A program made the position numbers and the translations under genes. A DNA stretch of 64,000 nucleotides, from contig CM060734.1 of the NCBI GenBank assembly GCA_030704615.1, positions 19,778,001 through 19,842,000 of the forward strand. Reading direction: 5' to 3'. Positions 62,566 to 64,000 of the stretch are shown one piece after another; the first letter of the stretch is position 1; each line of letters begins with the position of its first letter. Below the pieces are notes generated by a model. It ran no database searches, was not told the origin of the DNA, and worked only from the letters and a program-made list of their open reading frames with translations. The stretch comes from Takakia lepidozioides. Its lineage: Eukaryota; Plantae; Bryophyta.

Positions 62566-63847
62566 TCACTGATGCATTTCTCGCTGAAGAACCACTTCCT
62601 TGTCCGTATCCAATGCCATTTCGCGGTCCTTGTTCATGAAGATAGCGGACTTGCCTTTCTTCGCAGGTTTCTTGGCAACAGAACCCTCCCAAATTTCCTG
62701 AGTCTGCTCCACGACAGTCCGCTTCTTCACTCTACTTGTGCCCAGGGATTCGGCGACTACTGTGGCCGGGTTCGATTCAGCAAACTGACGAAGTGATGCA
62801 GTCCTGCTTCGCAAGACGACTGTGTCTGCAAGCTTGTTCACACTTGCAGACCTGTATTGGCAGCCTCACGAGTCGCATGCGTTGAACTAATCCGTGCATC
62901 TGTTGGCGTTGTAAGTAAGCCACCTTTTCTGGTTGTGGAGCCAACAACATTGGCGGGTTGTGGAATTGCCTAGGAGGGAAACGGTGTCCTCAAGTCCTGT
63001 AGGTACAAGAGATCCTGTCAATACACAAAAATTGAATATAAATCTGAAATCACAGAGGTGGAAGACGGCAGGGCACAACCTATATGGCGTCATTGGAAGG
63101 AAGCGACTGGGCAAACTGCTCCCTTGCTTGAACGTCAGTCTGTCTGTGCTGCTCAGAGCGGTTAGCCTGGTGCTCAGTCTGCTGTCGAGTCTGGTGGACA
63201 CTCTCGTGTGCGGGGGGAACGGCGTGTTGGCCCTTAGTCTGTCCATGTTCGGCATCGGTCTGGCCAGTCTGGTGCTTAGTCTGCTCGCCGCTCTGGTCAG
63301 TCTGGTGGACAATCTCGTGGGCGGGGCGAACGGCATGTTGGCCCTCCTTCAGAGGATCATGTTCAGCATGAGTCTGCTGCTCACTGTCCTCAGTCTGGTC
63401 AGTCTGCTGCTCAGTCTGCTTTTTGCTCTGGTCAGTCTGCTGTTCAGCCTGGTGGTCACTCTCGTGGTCGGTCTGTTCTTGTAGGGATGAGATCAATCTA
63501 TCAACTTGCAAGTCAACTGTGTCTTCAGGGTCTGATGCAGAAAAAGCTTGACTACCGCCGACATCTAAATTATCCGCGGCAACTACATCGTCTAGTTCTT
63601 CAGTAAGGTCAATGATACGGGGTTGAGTTCCCATATTGCGATCAATCACGTAACAATCATCTATAGCTTTCGCAAGCGAACGAACCAAAACCGGGCTGAG
63701 CTGAATGGAAATAGTTGGCAGGCCATGGGTCACTGGAGAAGAATGGTTTACCGGTGCCCGGCTTATATCCTCAAACGATGCGCCAATATGTGAAGATGGC
63801 CCAGCGGGAAAAGAAGACTCCGTCAATGCACTGATAGAACTCCGCAC
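62566..63847 (-). CDS. Convergent second gene of the MULE, Gln/Glu/Thr-repeat protein (partial, probably spliced)
   Basis: 255-aa ORF with EQQTDQ repeats, plus basic ORF 62566-62841. Confidence 0.4.
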
Positions 63848-64000
63848 AAATTCAGAGACAGGGTCCCGTTGAGGCCAGTGCAGCCGACTCTGTTCAACGA
63901 GCTAGGATCCAGACTGGTGGACAGGAAGTGTAGTTGGGACCTCCGAGTCAGTGTGGTCGTGAATCTGCTGGACAGTCTGCAGGGCACTGTCATTGTGGTG

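Larger units (their letters stand above)
59488..64000. mobile_element. Third Mutator-like element (right end outside window)
   Basis: Abrupt AT-to-GC boundary at GGGACGTTATGG, CCAGTC subterminal repeats and a SWIM transposase fragment. Confidence 0.65.

Noticed and set aside
62933-63484. Leu/Ser/Val-rich membrane protein ORF
   Set aside because: Antisense shadow of the Gln/Thr repeat region.

Overview
Repeat-dense eukaryotic DNA, most likely a land-plant nuclear region (GT-AG introns, PLS-type PPR fragment, tRNA-derived SINE, CACTA/MULE/LTR remnants). It is almost entirely nested, decayed mobile elements. The main feature is two related copies of an unusual ~14-kb Mutator-like DNA transposon. 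Copy 1 spans <1-9216. Copy 2 is in three pieces: 17868-26416, 48501-49352 and an inverted 43801-48211, with paired short TIRs and an 8-bp TSD (CTGTTGTC). Each copy carries two divergent genes: (i) a GCM-like Zn finger + MULE DDE + SWIM transposase, and (ii) a large spliced gene that in copy 2 joins a ParB/Srx-like domain (VWDGNHRLLAW) to a bacterial-type beta-class N6A/N4C DNA-methyltransferase-like domain. Between the two genes lies a 1.7-2.2 kb array of 22-bp palindromes (copy 1 GGAAATGCGGCGCCGCATTTCC, copy 2 GGAAATTCGGCGCCGAATTTCC). The recurring motif periods (32, 53, 85, 95-96 bp) are close to whole helical turns, reminiscent of parS/iteron arrays. Other contents: coiled-coil/RING pseudogenes, a CACTA element with a TnpA-like gene, a Sola2-like transposase pseudogene, a kinase pseudogene next to a CACTA-type end, a SEN1-like helicase fragment, an LTR+PBS remnant, a SINE and a third MULE. 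All domain calls are by-eye motif recognition; no searches were run.
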